From contig JBBAUX010000003.1 of NCBI GenBank assembly GCA_040398005.1, forward strand, positions 138,400-158,500: a stretch of 20,101 bases of DNA, in the 5' to 3' direction. How positions within the stretch are numbered: the first letter of the stretch is position 1; each line of letters opens with the position of its first letter. Position numbers and translations under genes: made by a program. The DNA comes from Opitutales bacterium (GTDB taxonomy: Bacteria; Verrucomicrobiota; Verrucomicrobiia; Opitutales; UBA953). Under the pieces are notes generated by a model. The model had not been told where the DNA came from and made no database searches. It saw only the letters and a list, made by a program, of their open reading frames with translations. Positions 19,353 through 20,101 of this stretch are shown here, piece after piece.

Positions 19353-20078
19353 TTAAAGGTAAGTGGGGTCTAAGGTTCGTGGATCATCGACCACACGTTT
19401 TATTTTTCCGTCTTCCATTTCGGCAATACGATCAGCGTATTTAAATATTCGAAAATCGTGAGTTACCACCACGACACATCGGTTAGGGGCACGGGAAAGT
19501 TCTCTGATCATTTCCATAATTTGAGCACCGGTATCTTTATCGAGCGCCGAGGTGGGTTCATCGCAAATTAATAAAGGGGGTTCGTGCACAAGGGCACGCG
19601 CAATGGCTACCCGTTGTTGTTGGCCCCCCGAGAGTGCATTGGGCTTACCCTCTTCTCTTCCTTTTAAGCCTACTTTTTCTAAAATCTCGAAAGCTTTCTT
19701 CTTTGCCGCGGCGTGACTAGCACCCTGAATCAGTAACGGGATCATCACATTCTCAACCACCGAAAGCGTAGGAATCAAATTGAAGGACTGAAAAACAAAT
19801 CCGAGATTTTTTCGGCGAAAGGTGGTGAGTTCTTCTTGGCTCAAACCATCAAGCCTTTGCCCAAATACTTCAATCTCTCCCGCTTGGGGGGTGAGGGTTC
19901 CCGCAATCACCGAAAGTAATGTTGTTTTACCACAACCTGATGGACCCACCAACATAATCAACTCACCCGTACGTGCGGAAAAATCGGTGTGGTTGAGCGC
20001 AATCACTTTAGCTTCTTCTGATCCAAAAGAAATGTCCACCTGGCGAGCGGCGACGGCAATAGACGGTTGAGTGTTCAT
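19353..20078 (-). CDS. ABC transporter ATP-binding protein (DevA/LolD/MacB-like)
   Basis: Walker [15 protein letters not shown], signature LSGGQQQR, Walker B ICDEPT, H-loop VTHD. Confidence 0.95.
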   Translation of the reverse strand: MNTQPSIAVAARQVDISFGSEEAKVIALNHTDFSARTGELIMLVGPSGCGKTTLLSVIAGTLTPQAGEIEVFGQRLDGLSQEELTTFRRKNLGFVFQSFNLIPTLSVVENVMIPLLIQGASHAAAKKKAFEILEKVGLKGREEGKPNALSGGQQQRVAIARALVHEPPLLICDEPTSALDKDTGAQIMEMIRELSRAPNRCVVVVTHDFRIFKYADRIAEMEDGKIKRVVDDPRTLDPTYL

Positions 20079-20101
20079 CCGCGGAAAACAGTGGCGGCGT
20101 C
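20075..20101 (-). CDS. C-terminal end of an ABC permease (DevC/FtsX-like), truncated by window
   Basis: Minus strand reads DAATVFRG*, similar to the D/EPA.VFR ends of these permeases. Its TGA overlaps the ATPase ATG (ATGA). Confidence 0.6.
   Translation of the reverse strand, partial: DAATVFRG

Overview
A very compact bacterial housekeeping region. About 477 of 20,101 nt are non-coding by my count of the gaps, and nine gene junctions overlap by 4 nt. Gene content and protein style suggest a streamlined Verrucomicrobiota (Opitutales-like) genome, which is an inference. Order along the window: the 3' end of hisG; aguB-aguA (agmatine to putrescine); a minus-strand block transcribed guaB - exported hypothetical protein - xth - feoA - feoB - small Cys-rich membrane protein; menC-menE; a minus-strand block transcribed coaC - queG - membrane protein - gmk - polX/PHP - kdsA; gnd with a bidirectional terminator; and a DevBCA/MacAB-TolC-type ABC exporter (permease end, ATPase, membrane fusion protein, outer-membrane factor). 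I see no mobile elements, RNA genes, CRISPR arrays or defence systems, and I cannot support a clearly novel multi-gene system. The best leads are a perfect 17-bp Fur-like palindrome over the feo promoter, repeated leaderless-type promoters, an IMPDH with Ser at a normally conserved NAD-binding Asp, a standalone CoaC, a divergent MenE, and two uncharacterised proteins tightly coupled to nucleotide and DNA-repair genes.
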